A stretch of 64,000 nt of DNA from a plasmid. Shown piece by piece: positions 49,546 to 60,562 of this stretch. Location of the stretch: sequence record NZ_AP019754.1. The stretch is one strand, 5' to 3'. The translations under genes were made by a program, and so were the position numbers. The first letter of the stretch is position 1, and every line of letters starts with the position of its first letter. Below the pieces are notes generated by a model. The model was not told where the DNA came from. It saw only the letters and a program-made list of their open reading frames with translations, and made no database searches.

Positions 49546-49985
49546 GAATACACACCGTGTTCAAGCCGGGTAATGAGTTTCAGCACTTCATAAGCCCCGG
49601 TTTCTGACGCGACCAGATCAGCCGGTTTTTTATTGCCTAAGGCGCGCGCAGGCTCATTGAGCCACTGCCGTGCCTTTTCTTTATCGCCCTCAAACAGCTC
49701 AACCGCACGATCCATCACGCGAATAAAACGCACCAGCCGTTCGCTCTGCTCCGCAGTAAAGCGGCTTTTAACGCCGCGGGTGAAGGTTGAGCCCGCAATG
49801 CCGGTCATACGGCGCAGTTCTGCCTGAGAGATTTGCGCCCAGGTGACAATGCGACTGGCTACCGTGCCGTCCAGACCATCATCGATTTGATCCATCAGCA
49901 TCACGCCGTCAGCACTGCTCAGGCCAGCAAATTGCCATAGACGATCCGGTTCTGCAGCGGATACGGGTAAAGTGAACTGTTTCAT
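49542..49985 (-). CDS. Xre-like/DUF2384 antitoxin partner of the RES toxin
   Basis: About 147 aa from MKQFTLPV. The C-terminal DUF2384 region (ARQWLNEPARALGNKKPADLVASETGAYEV) is typical of ParS/MbcA antitoxins. Confidence 0.7.
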   Translation of the reverse strand: MKQFTLPVSAAEPDRLWQFAGLSSADGVMLMDQIDDGLDGTVASRIVTWAQISQAELRRMTGIAGSTFTRGVKSRFTAEQSERLVRFIRVMDRAVELFEGDKEKARQWLNEPARALGNKKPADLVASETGAYEVLKLITRLEHGVYS

Positions 49986-50371
49986 CATCACCTCCATTTG
50001 GTTGTTCTATTATAGCCAAATGGTGATATCGTTCAATCAGTTATTGATGCACTGTCATCATAAGAAAATAAAGTCGTTTTATCATTTCTCTGGCTGCAGA
50101 CAGAGAAACGAAGTTATACCGCCTTGACGGTCAGCGCCGGGTCTGACAAGAAAACGTAAAAGCGTGACTGAAAACAAAGGAAAAACGGCTACGAACGACG
50201 CATTTGGCTGGACGTCATTACAGGTACACCATAGCCAGTGTGGCTTCTACAGACAGGGCATCATTTTTTAACATGGCAAGATTTTTACCTAAGGCAACTC
50301 TTATCGATGACTGTGTTATATTGCCGCTCTTAAACGCAGGTACTGGGCTCAACCGATAGGGACTATCCGTT

Positions 50372-50596
50372 ATGAAACGACACGATATTAATTCTTCCTC
50401 TCTTTTCCGCAGTGCGGGATTCGACCCGACGTCAGGCGTACTGGAACTTGAATACCGCAATGGCACCTGCCGTCGCTGGCTTGCCGTGCCTGCTCATACC
50501 TATCAGGGATTCTGTGCTGCCCTCGATCAGGACGCTTTTTTCCGCGAAAGTATCGACAACCGTTTCTTCTCCATGTATCAAAAGAGTGATGCCTAA
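50372..50596 (+). CDS. KTSC-domain protein
   Basis: 74 aa. SSLFRSAGFDPTSGVLELEYRNG...VPAHTYQGFCAALDQDAFFRESIDNRF matches the KTSC (lysyl-tRNA synthetase C-terminal-like) domain pattern. Confidence 0.6.
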   Translation: MKRHDINSSSLFRSAGFDPTSGVLELEYRNGTCRRWLAVPAHTYQGFCAALDQDAFFRESIDNRFFSMYQKSDA

Positions 50597-50749
50597 GCGC
50601 ATTGCTGAAGCCCTGAAAACATTGACCGCCGTCACCTTTTTCAGGGCATTGACGTGGCAGGGATAACCAGACACATTCGGGTCTGCCTGTTGCTGGCTGC
50701 CAGTATTATCCCTGCAGGCTGATCTTTCTGTCTGCGCAGTGAGGTAACG

Positions 50750-51445
50750 ATGAAAAAATCGCTTATCCGCGTTTTTTTAAGTTTAGTCACCCGCATGGCT
50801 GTGGTACTCGTTGCACTGACAGGAATAACGGTTGCCGCCGAAAACATTCCCTCGTCCGCACGCTCCGCTGAGCAACCCTGCTGTGGTCCCGTCACGCCTG
50901 CCGCTCAGGCGATCCTCACCGTGCTTGATCGGTCGGACGTTGAGCATTTATGGCTCAATCATCATCACGTCAACTGGGAAACCGGTCAGCCTGACAAGCC
51001 GGATGACTACTCAGGCCCCGGCAATCATACTCACTGCAGTGCGTTTGCGGCGGCCATGGGGGCCCGGCTGGGTGTGTATATGCTCAGGCCACCACAGCAC
51101 AGCCAGATATTGCTGGCAAGCGCGCAGACACGCTGGTTCGACAGTCAGGAAGGTCGTCAGGCGGGCTGGATTAGGGCGGCCGATGCACTACATGCACAGC
51201 AGTTTGCTAACCAGGGAATGCTGGTCGTGATTTCCTATGAAAGCCCCGATAAGCACAGGCCTGGCCATATCGTTATTGTCCGACCTTCATTAATTACGCT
51301 GGCGAGATTGCGCGCAGAGGGGCCTTACATCACCCAGGCCGGAACCCATAACCTGCTTGTCGGCAATGCAGCCACTGCGTTTGCGGGCCACCCGGGCGCC
51401 TGGCCTGACGGCGTGAAGTTTTTTGCGCACGCATTACGGCAATGA
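50750..51445 (+). CDS. secreted hypothetical protein with candidate Cys/His catalytic dyad (THCSAF ... GHIVIV), possibly papain-like hydrolase
   Basis: 231 aa, a good RBS (GAGGTAACGATG), a signal peptide and no confident family assignment. Confidence 0.45.
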   Translation: MKKSLIRVFLSLVTRMAVVLVALTGITVAAENIPSSARSAEQPCCGPVTPAAQAILTVLDRSDVEHLWLNHHHVNWETGQPDKPDDYSGPGNHTHCSAFAAAMGARLGVYMLRPPQHSQILLASAQTRWFDSQEGRQAGWIRAADALHAQQFANQGMLVVISYESPDKHRPGHIVIVRPSLITLARLRAEGPYITQAGTHNLLVGNAATAFAGHPGAWPDGVKFFAHALRQ

Positions 51446-51519
51446 CGCCGGGAGAGATGCGAGGCCAGTTTAGCCTGTGGTGTAAACGGCCTGGAACAGT
51501 AGCGTTCTGCCCGCCATTT

Positions 51520-52208
51520 TTACGCCCGAATCTGAATCCCTTCGGTGATGATGTGCTGGACACTCTTCACCGTTTGTTCAAAAAACACAGGATCGCTGAG
51601 TGTTTTACCGGTAATCGCCTCAACCTGTACCCCAAAATCTGCGTAATGCTGAGTGGTGGCCCACAGCATAAAAATCAACTGCATCGGATCGATGGGTGCG
51701 ATCAACTCATCTTTAATCCAGCCGCGAATCACGTCCGATTTATCCTCCACCAGCGTTTTCAGGCTGCCGCCAAGCTCCTGTTTCAGCAGCGGTGCGCCCT
51801 GAACCATCTCCAGACAAAATAATCTTGAGGCCTGAGGATGGTCACGGGAGACGCAAAGCTTCAGACGAATATATTCCCGTATTGCTTCCAGAGGATGCTG
51901 ATCGGACTGCAGTGCTTTAAGCGGTGCCAGCCAGATATCCAGCAGCCCTTTGAGCACCGCAATGTATAAATCTTCTTTCGAGGGAAAGTAGTAGAACAGA
52001 TTGGTTTTCGAGACATCCGCGCGTTCAGCAACCTGCTCAAGACGGGTGCCGTGAAAGCCATACAGTGAGAAGAATTCCAGTGCAGCGGCCATGATAGCGC
52101 CACGTTTGGCAGCAACCGCTCGCGAACGTCGCGTCAAAGATTTCGATGGCGTTTTCGCGGCGAGGTTTTCTCCGGCGTCAGAACCCGGGTTTTCGGACAA
52201 TGGCTTCA
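51520..52208 (-). CDS. rutR: TetR-family pyrimidine-utilisation repressor RutR
   Basis: Near-collinear with E. coli RutR (FGFHGTRLEQ...SKTNL.YYFPSKE.LYIAVL...IWLAPLKA...YIRLKL.VSRD.PQASRLFC.EM). A probable GTG start at about 52208. The 267-aa track ORF has a spurious extension. Confidence 0.85.
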
Positions 52209-52387
52209 CAACATTTCCCTGATACACACAACAAGGCCAAAAGCATAACAAATAGGCATTAAGGCGACTATCGTCATACGCGTTATTTATAAACACAACT
52301 TGATAACAACCCAGCACAACCAATATTTAACAAAACTGCACCATTTGCGCTCAACTCTGCCTGATTAACGTGCAGCTATTTTTGAGT

Positions 52388-52412
52388 AAATGGTCTGTTT
52401 TAGACCATTTAC
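52388..52412. promoter_or_regulatory. perfect 9-bp inverted repeat TAAATGGTC-N7-GACCATTTA in the rutR-rutA intergenic region (candidate operator)
   Basis: Its half-sites resemble RutR box halves (TGGTCA/TGACCA) but with different spacing and orientation from the canonical TTGACCAnnTGGTCAA. Confidence 0.35.
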
Positions 52413-52469
52413 TCCATTATAAATCTACACAATCCCATAACATTCTGTTTTAAATGACTTTTTAAAAAC

Positions 52470-52485
52470 TGGCATCCGCTTTGCA
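52470..52485 (+). promoter_or_regulatory. sigma-54 promoter of rutA (TGGCAT-N5-TTGCA)
   Basis: Exact -24 GG / -12 GC elements with canonical spacing, about 120 nt upstream of rutA. This is consistent with the known NtrC/sigma-54 control of rut. Confidence 0.65.
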
Positions 52486-52607
52486 AATGTCCTTACGTCA
52501 GGAGATTTCAGCACGGTGCAACAGGAACCCGCAGGACGCACTTAAGCCGCGCAGAGATTTTCGCAAGCCCTTGTTGTCGTCCCAATTATTTTCAATCGAG
52601 GTGAGCT

Positions 52608-53699
52608 ATGAAAATCGGTGTCTTTATTCCTATCGGTAACAACGGTTGGCTAATTTCAGAAACTGCGCCGCAGTACAAGCCAACCTTCGAACTGAATAAA
52701 ACCATTGTGCAGAAAGCAGAGCACTACCATTTCGACTTCGCGCTCTCGATGATCAAACTGCGCGGCTTCGGCGGTAAAACGGAATTCTGGGAACACAACA
52801 TGGAGTCATTCACGTTGATGGCCGGTCTGGCCGCCGTAACGTCCCGCATTCAGCTCTACGCCACCGCCGCCACCCTGGTCATGCCACCGGCAATCGTTGC
52901 GCGCATGGCTGCCACAATTGACTCCATCTCCAACGGCCGGTTCGGCGTGAACGTGGTAACCGGCTGGCAGAAACCGGAATACGAACAAATGGGCATGTGG
53001 CCTGGCGATGACTATTTTACCCGCCGCTACGATTACCTGACCGAATATGTCAGCGTACTGCGCGATCTGTGGGGAACAGGGCACTGCACGCTTGACGGCG
53101 AATTTTTCAAAATGGATGACTGTCGCGTCAGTCCACGCCCGCAAAGCGAAATGAAAGTCATCTGCGCCGGACAAAGTGACGCTGGCATGGCGTTTTCCGC
53201 CAAACACGCCGATTTTAACTTCTGCTTTGGCAAAGGCGTCAACACGCCAACCGCTTTTGCACCTACCGCAGCCCGCATGAAAACAGCGGCTGACGCTGAA
53301 AACCGTGACGTGTCCTCTTACGTGTTGTTCATGGTGATTGCCGATGAAACCGACGAGGCCGCGCGCGCCAAATGGGAGCTGTACAAAGCCGGTGCTGATG
53401 CGGAGGCCCTGTCATGGCTCACCGACCAGAGCAGTAAAGATACCCGCTCCGGCAGCGATACCAATGTTCGCCAGATGGCCGATCCCACGTCAGCGGTCAA
53501 CATCAACATGGGGACGCTGGTCGGCTCCTGGGCCAGCGTCGCCAGAATGCTTGATGAGATCGATACGGTTCCCGGTGCGGGCGGCGTATTGCTGACCTTT
53601 GACGATTTCGTCGAAGGCATTGAAAACTTTGGTCGTTACATTCAGCCGTTAATGAAAACGCGCCAGCACATCGGCATTCAGCAGAAAGAGGTCGCATGA
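52608..53699 (+). CDS. rutA: pyrimidine monooxygenase (FMN-dependent, luciferase-like)
   Basis: 363 aa, first gene of the rut operon. Confidence 0.9.
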   Translation: MKIGVFIPIGNNGWLISETAPQYKPTFELNKTIVQKAEHYHFDFALSMIKLRGFGGKTEFWEHNMESFTLMAGLAAVTSRIQLYATAATLVMPPAIVARMAATIDSISNGRFGVNVVTGWQKPEYEQMGMWPGDDYFTRRYDYLTEYVSVLRDLWGTGHCTLDGEFFKMDDCRVSPRPQSEMKVICAGQSDAGMAFSAKHADFNFCFGKGVNTPTAFAPTAARMKTAADAENRDVSSYVLFMVIADETDEAARAKWELYKAGADAEALSWLTDQSSKDTRSGSDTNVRQMADPTSAVNINMGTLVGSWASVARMLDEIDTVPGAGGVLLTFDDFVEGIENFGRYIQPLMKTRQHIGIQQKEVA

Positions 53700-54448
53700 T
53701 GAACATTGTTGAAAATCAAACCGTGGTTCGCCGCGCGCCCGATAATGCTGGCGAGGAAAGGGTGCTGGCCGCGCGTCCTGAAGCCATTGGTTTCACCCCG
53801 CAGCAGACGGCGCTTATTGTGGTGGATATGCAAAACGCTTACGCCTCGCAGGGCGGTTATCTTGATCTTGCAGGCTTTGACGTGTCTGCCACCGCGCCGG
53901 TCATTGCCAATATCAAAGTGGCGATTGCCGCTGCTCGCGCGGCAGGCATTAAGGTGATTTTTTTCCAGAACGGCTGGGACAATCAGTATGTCGAAGCCGG
54001 GGGGACGGGCTCGCCCAACTTCCATAAATCCAATGCGCTGAAAACAATGCGCAAACGTCCCGAGCTGATGGGCAAACTGCTGGCGAAAGGGGACTGGGAT
54101 TACGATCTGGTCGATGAACTGCAACCCCAGCCGGGCGATATTGTGCTGCCAAAACCACGCTACAGCGGCTTCTTTAATACCCAGTTGGATAGCCTGCTGC
54201 GCAGCTACGGCATTCATCATCTGGTTTTCACCGGCATCGCCACCAACGTGTGCGTCGAATCCACCCTGCGTGACGGCTTCTTTTTGGAATATTTTGGCGT
54301 CGTACTGGAAGACGCGACACACCAGGCGGGCCCCGAGTTTGCGCAAAAAGCCGCGATTTATAACATCGAAACGTTTTTTGGTTGGGTCTCCAGCGTAAGC
54401 CACTTCTGCGACGCGGTGGGTTACAAAACTGAACAAAACGCGGCCTGA
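53696..54448 (+). CDS. rutB: ureidoacrylate amidohydrolase (isochorismatase family)
   Basis: 250 aa, collinear with E. coli RutB (IVVDMQNAY...[29 protein letters not shown]). Confidence 0.9.
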   Translation: MMNIVENQTVVRRAPDNAGEERVLAARPEAIGFTPQQTALIVVDMQNAYASQGGYLDLAGFDVSATAPVIANIKVAIAAARAAGIKVIFFQNGWDNQYVEAGGTGSPNFHKSNALKTMRKRPELMGKLLAKGDWDYDLVDELQPQPGDIVLPKPRYSGFFNTQLDSLLRSYGIHHLVFTGIATNVCVESTLRDGFFLEYFGVVLEDATHQAGPEFAQKAAIYNIETFFGWVSSVSHFCDAVGYKTEQNAA

Positions 54449-54473
54449 CCGCTTGTGAAAAGGACAATGAACG

Positions 54474-54860
54474 ATGCCTAAACGCGCCATTATTCCAGCC
54501 GGCAGCGGTGTTCCGCTGGCGCCATTTGTTCCCGGTACGCTTGCCGATGGGGTCCTGTACGTTTCCGGTACTTTGCCTTTTGATAAAGACAACAACGTCG
54601 TACATGTGGGCGATGCGGCAGCACAAACCCGCCATGTACTGGAGATCATCAAAAGCGTGATCGAAACCGCAGGCGGCAGCATGGATGACGTCACCATGAA
54701 CTCGATTTTTATCACCGACTGGGCGAATTACGGGGCAGTGAATCAGGTCTATGCGGAGTATTTCCCGGGTGAAAAACCGGCAAGGTTCTGCATTCAGTGT
54801 GGGCTGGTGAAACCGGATGCGTTGATCGAAATCGCATCGATTGCCCACCTTGGCAAATAA
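54474..54860 (+). CDS. rutC: aminoacrylate peracid reductase (YjgF/RidA family)
   Basis: 128 aa. Conserved operon position. Confidence 0.85.
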   Translation: MPKRAIIPAGSGVPLAPFVPGTLADGVLYVSGTLPFDKDNNVVHVGDAAAQTRHVLEIIKSVIETAGGSMDDVTMNSIFITDWANYGAVNQVYAEYFPGEKPARFCIQCGLVKPDALIEIASIAHLGK

Positions 54861-54895
54861 TCTGTTCGGTGATGTATTTCATCTGAGGAAACAGT

Positions 54896-55723
54896 ATGTA
54901 TTACAAGGTATTGGGTCAGCAAAACGCTGATGCAGAAACCGTCGTGCTCTCCTCGGGTCTCGGCGGCTCCGGGGGATTCTGGCAGCCTCAGCTGGCGATG
55001 CTCTCGGCGCATTTTCGGGTGGTGGTCTATGACCAGTACGGCACCGGCGCCAGTCAGGGTAGCGTACCCGCCGGTTACCGGATGGAGGATATGGCCGATG
55101 AGCTGGCAGGCTTACTTAACGCGCTGAATATCAGCCGCTGTCATCTGGTCGGTCACGCACTGGGCGGCATTATGGGTCTGCATCTTGCCCTGCGTTATCC
55201 CGCGCTGCTGCAAAGTCTGGTGGTAATTAATGGCTGGACAGTCCTTAACAGCCAGACGCGCCGCTGCTTCGACGTCCGTCGGAACCTGCTGCTTAACAGC
55301 GGCGTAGATGCCTACGTGCAGGCGCAGCCGCTGTTTCTGTACCCGGGTGACTGGCTTTCTGAACATGAAGCTTTCCTGCAGGAAGAGCGCCAGCATCAGG
55401 TGGCGAACTTTCAGGGGATGGAAAACCTGCTGCATCGCCTGCAGGCGCTGATGGACTCCGATCTGACCACCTCGCTCAAAGGCGTCATCGCGCCGACCCT
55501 GGCGTTGAGCGCTAAAGATGATTTGCTGGTGCCCTGGTCCTGTTCAGCCGATCTCGCCTCGCGCCTTCCCCATGGCGAGCACCTGCAAATGGGCTACGGC
55601 GGACATGCCATGAGCGTAACGGACCCCGATACGTTTAACCCGATTTTACTGGACTGGCTGCAGCGGCAGGCTTCGCATCCATCCGGAACACCGTCTGATT
55701 TCATACCTGTGGAGATGCCATGA
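54896..55723 (+). CDS. rutD: aminoacrylate hydrolase (alpha/beta hydrolase)
   Basis: 275 aa with nucleophile elbow GHALGG. Confidence 0.85.
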   Translation: MYYKVLGQQNADAETVVLSSGLGGSGGFWQPQLAMLSAHFRVVVYDQYGTGASQGSVPAGYRMEDMADELAGLLNALNISRCHLVGHALGGIMGLHLALRYPALLQSLVVINGWTVLNSQTRRCFDVRRNLLLNSGVDAYVQAQPLFLYPGDWLSEHEAFLQEERQHQVANFQGMENLLHRLQALMDSDLTTSLKGVIAPTLALSAKDDLLVPWSCSADLASRLPHGEHLQMGYGGHAMSVTDPDTFNPILLDWLQRQASHPSGTPSDFIPVEMP

Positions 55724-56310
55724 CCGAAGCATTAACCGCCAGCGCGCTGGCCACGTTGTTCACCGAAGCCCGCACCCATAACGGCTGGCTGAATAAACCG
55801 GTAACAGGCGAACAACTGAAAACGATTTACGAACTGGCGCGCATGGGGCCGACCTCGGCGAACTGCAGCCCGGTGCGCATCGTATTTATTCAGAGCCAGG
55901 AAGCGAAACAACAACTGGCGCCGGCACTTTCCAGTGGCAATCTGAAGAAAACGATGACCGCTCCGGTGACGGCGATTATTGCCTGGGATCCGGAATTCTA
56001 TGAGCTGCTGCCTGAACTGTTTCCGTCCGGCGATGCCCGTTCATGGTTCACCTCCAGCCCACAGCTGGCACAGGATACCGCGTTCCGCAACAGCAGTTTA
56101 CAGGCTGCGTATCTGATTATGGCCTGTCGCGCGATCGGCCTGGATACCGGACCGATGTCCGGTTTCGACAATGCCAAAGTTGATGAAACCTTTCTGGCGC
56201 AGGAAGGCTGGAAATCGAATTTTCTGATTAACATTGGTTACGGCGACAGCAGCAAAGTCTATCCGCGCGCACCGCGCCTGGACTTTGACCGCGCCTGTCG
56301 CGTGCTGTAA
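55720..56310 (+). CDS. rutE: malonic semialdehyde reductase (nitroreductase family)
   Basis: 196 aa, overlapping the rutD stop. Confidence 0.85.
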   Translation: MTEALTASALATLFTEARTHNGWLNKPVTGEQLKTIYELARMGPTSANCSPVRIVFIQSQEAKQQLAPALSSGNLKKTMTAPVTAIIAWDPEFYELLPELFPSGDARSWFTSSPQLAQDTAFRNSSLQAAYLIMACRAIGLDTGPMSGFDNAKVDETFLAQEGWKSNFLINIGYGDSSKVYPRAPRLDFDRACRVL

Positions 56311-56340
56311 GCATCACCGATCATGACTGAGGACACGAGC

Positions 56341-56895
56341 ATGCAATCAACCCTGAACGCCACACTGCCCGCGACCGACATGCCCCTTGCTGAAAAAGAG
56401 GCTGCCGTTGAGAAACAGGAATACCGCAATGCCATGGCGCGCCTCGGCTCTGCCGTCAACATCATCACCACTGACGGCCCCGGCGGTCGGGCAGGTTTCA
56501 CCGCCTCTGCTGTGTGCAGCGTCACCGATACGCCACCGACACTGCTGGTGTGCCTGAACCGTTCTGCGTCGGTACATCCGGCGTTTATACAAAATCAGGT
56601 GCTGTGCGTAAACACGCTGGCCGACAGCCACGAATCACTTTCTAATTTATTCGGCGGAAAAACGCCGATGGAACAACGCTTCGACGCCGCCGAATGGACA
56701 GATCTCGCCACCGGCTCCCCGATCCTCACTAACGCGCTGGTGTCATTTGACTGCAAGGTCACGCAGATCACCCGGGTCGGTACCCACGATATTATGTTTT
56801 GTGAAGTTGTTGCACTCCGTTGCAACGATGACTGCCACGGACTGGCGTATTTCGACCGACGCTATCATCCGCTGATGCGTCAGATAGCCTGTTAA
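56341..56895 (+). CDS. rutF: FMN reductase (NADH) RutF
   Basis: Aligns with E. coli RutF ([37 protein letters not shown]). ATG at 56341 with GAGGA upstream. The track ORF starts 6 codons earlier. Confidence 0.85.
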   Translation: MQSTLNATLPATDMPLAEKEAAVEKQEYRNAMARLGSAVNIITTDGPGGRAGFTASAVCSVTDTPPTLLVCLNRSASVHPAFIQNQVLCVNTLADSHESLSNLFGGKTPMEQRFDAAEWTDLATGSPILTNALVSFDCKVTQITRVGTHDIMFCEVVALRCNDDCHGLAYFDRRYHPLMRQIAC

Positions 56896-56928
56896 CTCAA
56901 TCCGCATTCAACTTAGTAAGGATCGTAC

Positions 56929-58275
56929 ATGGCACATTCCTGGTTTCCGCAATGGCGTAAAAGAGAAGGTAATCTGGATGGCGCGGTGATCGCGCCGGAT
57001 GAACGGCTACCGTTTGGCGCGACGGTGATCATGGGACTGCAACACACGGTGGCGATGTTTGGTGCCACGGTACTCATGCCATTGCTGATGGGGTTTGACG
57101 CCAATATGGCGATCCTGATGTCGGGCATCGGCACGCTGCTGTTCTTCCTGGTCGTAGGCGGGCGCGTGCCGAGTTATCTCGGTTCCAGTGCTGCATTTGT
57201 CGGGTTAGTGATTGCCGTGACCGGCTACAGCGGCCACGGCACGAACCCGAATATCGGCGTCGCGCTGGGCGGGATTATCGCCTGTGGCCTGATTTACATG
57301 CTGATCGGTTTTGTCGTCATGGCGGTCGGCACGCGCTGGATTGAGCGCCTGATGCCGCCGGTGGTGACCGGCGCGGTAGTGATGGCGATTGGACTCAATC
57401 TGGCGCCGATTGCCATAAACAGCGTATCCGCTTCATCGTTTGACAGCTGGATGGCGGTGATGACGGTGCTGTGTATCGGATCGGTGGCGGTGTTTACACG
57501 CGGTCTGGTACAGCGACTGTTACTGTTGCTGGGTCTGGTGGCGGCGTACCTGATTTATATGGCGATCACCAACGGCCTCGGGCTGGGCACGCCGGTGAAT
57601 TTCAGCGCCGTGGCGCAGGCGCCCTGGTTCGGCGTGCCCACCGTCACTACGCCGGTATTCAGCACGCACGCTATGCTGATGATTGCGCCGGTGGCGGTGA
57701 TCCTGGTTGCGGAAAACCTTGGCCATATTAAAGCCGTGGCGGGGATGACCGGTAAAAATCTCGATCCCTACATGGGCCGCGCCTTTATCGGGGATGGCCT
57801 GGCGACCTTGCTTTCGGCTTCGGCGGGCGGCACCGGCGTGACAACCTATGCCGAAAATATCGGCGTCATGGCCGTCACTAAAATTTACTCCACGCTGATT
57901 TTTGTCGCCGCCGCAATCATGGCCATTGTGTTGGGTTTTTCGCCTAAATTTGGTGCCTTGATCCACACCATTCCTGGCCCGGTGCTCGGTGGAGCATCCA
58001 TCGTGGTATTTGGCTTGATTGCCGTAGCTGGCGCCCGCATTTGGGTACAAAACCACGTTGATTTGGGCCTGAATGGCAATCTCATCATGGTGGCAGTTAC
58101 GCTGGTACTGGGCGCGGGCAACTTCACCCTGAGCCTGGGCGGCTTCAGCATGGGCGGCATCGGCACCGCGACCTTTGGGGCGATTTTACTCAATGCTTTC
58201 CTGAGCCGCAGCAAAATGGCAAAGACGCCGGCTGAGATTGAGGCAGCCACAGAAGCGGCGCTGAGAGAGCCGTAA
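56929..58275 (+). CDS. rutG: pyrimidine permease (NCS2 family)
   Basis: 448 aa, polytopic membrane protein, last gene of the rut operon. Confidence 0.85.
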   Translation: MAHSWFPQWRKREGNLDGAVIAPDERLPFGATVIMGLQHTVAMFGATVLMPLLMGFDANMAILMSGIGTLLFFLVVGGRVPSYLGSSAAFVGLVIAVTGYSGHGTNPNIGVALGGIIACGLIYMLIGFVVMAVGTRWIERLMPPVVTGAVVMAIGLNLAPIAINSVSASSFDSWMAVMTVLCIGSVAVFTRGLVQRLLLLLGLVAAYLIYMAITNGLGLGTPVNFSAVAQAPWFGVPTVTTPVFSTHAMLMIAPVAVILVAENLGHIKAVAGMTGKNLDPYMGRAFIGDGLATLLSASAGGTGVTTYAENIGVMAVTKIYSTLIFVAAAIMAIVLGFSPKFGALIHTIPGPVLGGASIVVFGLIAVAGARIWVQNHVDLGLNGNLIMVAVTLVLGAGNFTLSLGGFSMGGIGTATFGAILLNAFLSRSKMAKTPAEIEAATEAALREP

Positions 58276-58314
58276 CCTTTTATTGCTTCGTCTGTCGTCA
58301 GTGGGTGTTAAGGG

Positions 58315-58353
58315 TGCCTGGTGATCGTTTCACAACACTAACCAGGCATTTTT
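58315..58353 (+). terminator. rho-independent terminator after rutG
   Basis: TGCCTGGT-N18-ACCAGGCA followed by TTTTT. Confidence 0.6.
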
Positions 58354-58551
58354 CACCGCCTTTTTGCGCCTGACATATTATCTTTTCCTATGCATTCCCC
58401 CGCAAACTGGGCTGATTTTCGCCCTGATCCCTGAATTAACGTGGGTGCCATAACCTTTTCATCTGACTATAGCCTGCGGTTATATCCTCCAACTAAACAA
58501 GCATTCGTCACCTTTTGAAGCGCATGAAATAGTGGGTTCAGAAACTTACCT

Positions 58552-59580
58552 TTGTCTGAAACGAGAAATATCATGCTAATTCCACAACCCTATTTACTTT
58601 TTCTTGGCGATGTCACCGATCCACTCGCGGCGAAAACGGCGCGAGGTATTCATATCTGGCGGCCGGAGCAGTGCGTGGGCGAAATTAAACTCCCGGGCTG
58701 TACTGTCAGCCTGGGTCTGGATGAACTTGACATCATCAGCGCCAAAGCACGCGGCGCGAAAACGCTGGTGCTCGGTACTGCTAACGCAGGGGGCTATCTG
58801 CCAGAACACTGGCTGGATACGGTGAAAAGTGCCATCAAAGCAGGCATGAACGTTGCCAGCGGACTGCATCACCGTCTGGTGGACGAGCCCGAACTGGTGA
58901 CGCTTGCCCAGACGTTTGGTGTTGAGCTTTTTGACTTACGTCATATGCGTCCGACGCTGAGCGTTGGCAGTGGTAAGAAGCGGACAGGCAAACGGATACT
59001 GACTGTTGGCACTGACTGCTCCGTGGGCAAGATGTACACCTCACTGGCGCTGGAAGCGGCGATGCGTGAGCGCGGAATGAAAGCGGATTTTCGCGCTACA
59101 GGTCAGACAGGGATTCTGGTGGCGGGTGAAGGGATTGCCGTGGATGCGGTCATCGCGGATTTTATTGCAGGTGCGGCCGAAGCGCTATCACCCGCGAATG
59201 ATGAGGATCACTGGGACATCGTTGAAGGGCAGGGGTCACTGTTCCACCCCTCTTACGCAGGCGTCAGTATGGGGCTCATGCACGGTGCGCAACCTCACTG
59301 GTTGGTGATGTGCCATGAAATGGGGCGCCCCCATATGCGCCATTTACCTCATCAGCCAATGGTCAGCCTGAAAGACTGCGTTGAAGCCAATCTGCGCGCT
59401 GCCCAGGTGACCAGCGCGTCCGTCCAGCTGGCGGGGTTTGCCATTAACACCTCAAATTACACGGAAGACGAAGCGCGCGCCTATTGCGCCGAAGTCAGCG
59501 CAGAGTTTGGTTTACCGGCTACGGATCCTGTGCGTTTTGGCATCGACGAGATCGCCGCACTGCTTCAGGCGCGGGGGTGA
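58552..59580 (+). CDS. DUF1611-family protein (DgcN-like, putative D-glutamate N-acetyltransferase)
   Basis: 342 aa with a Rossmann-like N-domain and a C-terminal acetyltransferase-like half. It pairs with a YcjG-like epimerase, as in described dgcN-dgcA loci. Confidence 0.6.
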   Translation: MSETRNIMLIPQPYLLFLGDVTDPLAAKTARGIHIWRPEQCVGEIKLPGCTVSLGLDELDIISAKARGAKTLVLGTANAGGYLPEHWLDTVKSAIKAGMNVASGLHHRLVDEPELVTLAQTFGVELFDLRHMRPTLSVGSGKKRTGKRILTVGTDCSVGKMYTSLALEAAMRERGMKADFRATGQTGILVAGEGIAVDAVIADFIAGAAEALSPANDEDHWDIVEGQGSLFHPSYAGVSMGLMHGAQPHWLVMCHEMGRPHMRHLPHQPMVSLKDCVEANLRAAQVTSASVQLAGFAINTSNYTEDEARAYCAEVSAEFGLPATDPVRFGIDEIAALLQARG

Positions 59581-59581
59581 A

Positions 59582-60547
59582 ATGAGACAGTTGCAGATTG
59601 ACGTGGTGGAATTGCCGCTGGCCCGGCCCTTTGCTATTTCGCGCGGTACGCGTACCGCCGTCACGGTTATCCGGGTCACGCTGGAGCAAAACGGTTTCAT
59701 TGGGCGAGGCGAATGTACGCCCACGGCGCGCTACGATGAAACGCCAGACAGCGTTCAGGCCGAGCTTGAGGCAGTGCGCGCTGACGTTGAAGCCGGCCTG
59801 AGCCGTCATGATCTGCAACACCGCTTACCCGCCGGTTCCGCGCGCAACGTGCTGGACTGTGCGCTGTGGCGACTGGATGCCGCCCGCGCCAGTCAAACGC
59901 TATGGCAGAAAAGTGCACGTCCTCAGCCACGCTCGGTGATCACGGCGGAAACCCTCAGCCTCGATACGCTGGAAAATATGGCGCTGGCGGCGGCGGATGC
60001 CGTATCGCGTGGCGCCATCCTGCTCAAAATTAAGCTCAATCGTGATGCAGTTCTGGAAAAGGTGGCGGCCATTCGCGCTGCGGCACCGCGCGCCACGCTG
60101 ATTATCGACGCTAATGAGGCCTGGTCGGGAATGGACCTGGAAAGCCTGCTGGCCGCACTTCAGGGCTATAACATTGCTATGGTCGAGCAACCGCTTCCCG
60201 CCGGTCAGGATCAGGACCTGCAACGTTTTCATCATCCGGTTCCCGTTTGTGCTGATGAGAGTTGCCATACGCGCGAGGATATTGCCGGACTGCGGAACCG
60301 CTACGAGATGATCAACATCAAGCTGGATAAGTGCGGTGGCCTGACGGAAGCGCTGGCGATGGTAGAAGAAGCACAAAAGCAGAATATGCGCATCATGGTC
60401 GGCTGCATGCTGGGCTCATCACTGGCGATGGAAGCCGCATTGCCGGTGGCGGTTAACGCAGAGCACGTCGATTTAGATGGCCCTATCTGGCTTGCTGCCG
60501 ACAGTTCTCCTTTTTTGACCTACTCCGAAGGCCGTATCTGGCTATAA
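59582..60547 (+). CDS. enolase-superfamily dipeptide epimerase (L-Ala-D/L-Glu epimerase YcjG-like / DgcA-like)
   Basis: 321 aa from the ATG at 59582 (MRQLQIDVVELPLARPFAISRGTRT...). MR/MLE signature KIKL, DANEAW, VEQP. The track ORF start at 59438 overlaps the upstream gene and is unlikely. Confidence 0.75.
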   Translation: MRQLQIDVVELPLARPFAISRGTRTAVTVIRVTLEQNGFIGRGECTPTARYDETPDSVQAELEAVRADVEAGLSRHDLQHRLPAGSARNVLDCALWRLDAARASQTLWQKSARPQPRSVITAETLSLDTLENMALAAADAVSRGAILLKIKLNRDAVLEKVAAIRAAAPRATLIIDANEAWSGMDLESLLAALQGYNIAMVEQPLPAGQDQDLQRFHHPVPVCADESCHTREDIAGLRNRYEMINIKLDKCGGLTEALAMVEEAQKQNMRIMVGCMLGSSLAMEAALPVAVNAEHVDLDGPIWLAADSSPFLTYSEGRIWL

Positions 60548-60562
60548 CTCTACGAGGCGACG

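Noticed and set aside
52208-52330. Canonical RutR box TTGACCAnnTGGTCAA in the rutR-rutA intergenic region
   Set aside because: No exact consensus site was found by eye. Only the differently spaced palindrome at 52388-52412 was seen, so no RutR operator is called as a feature.
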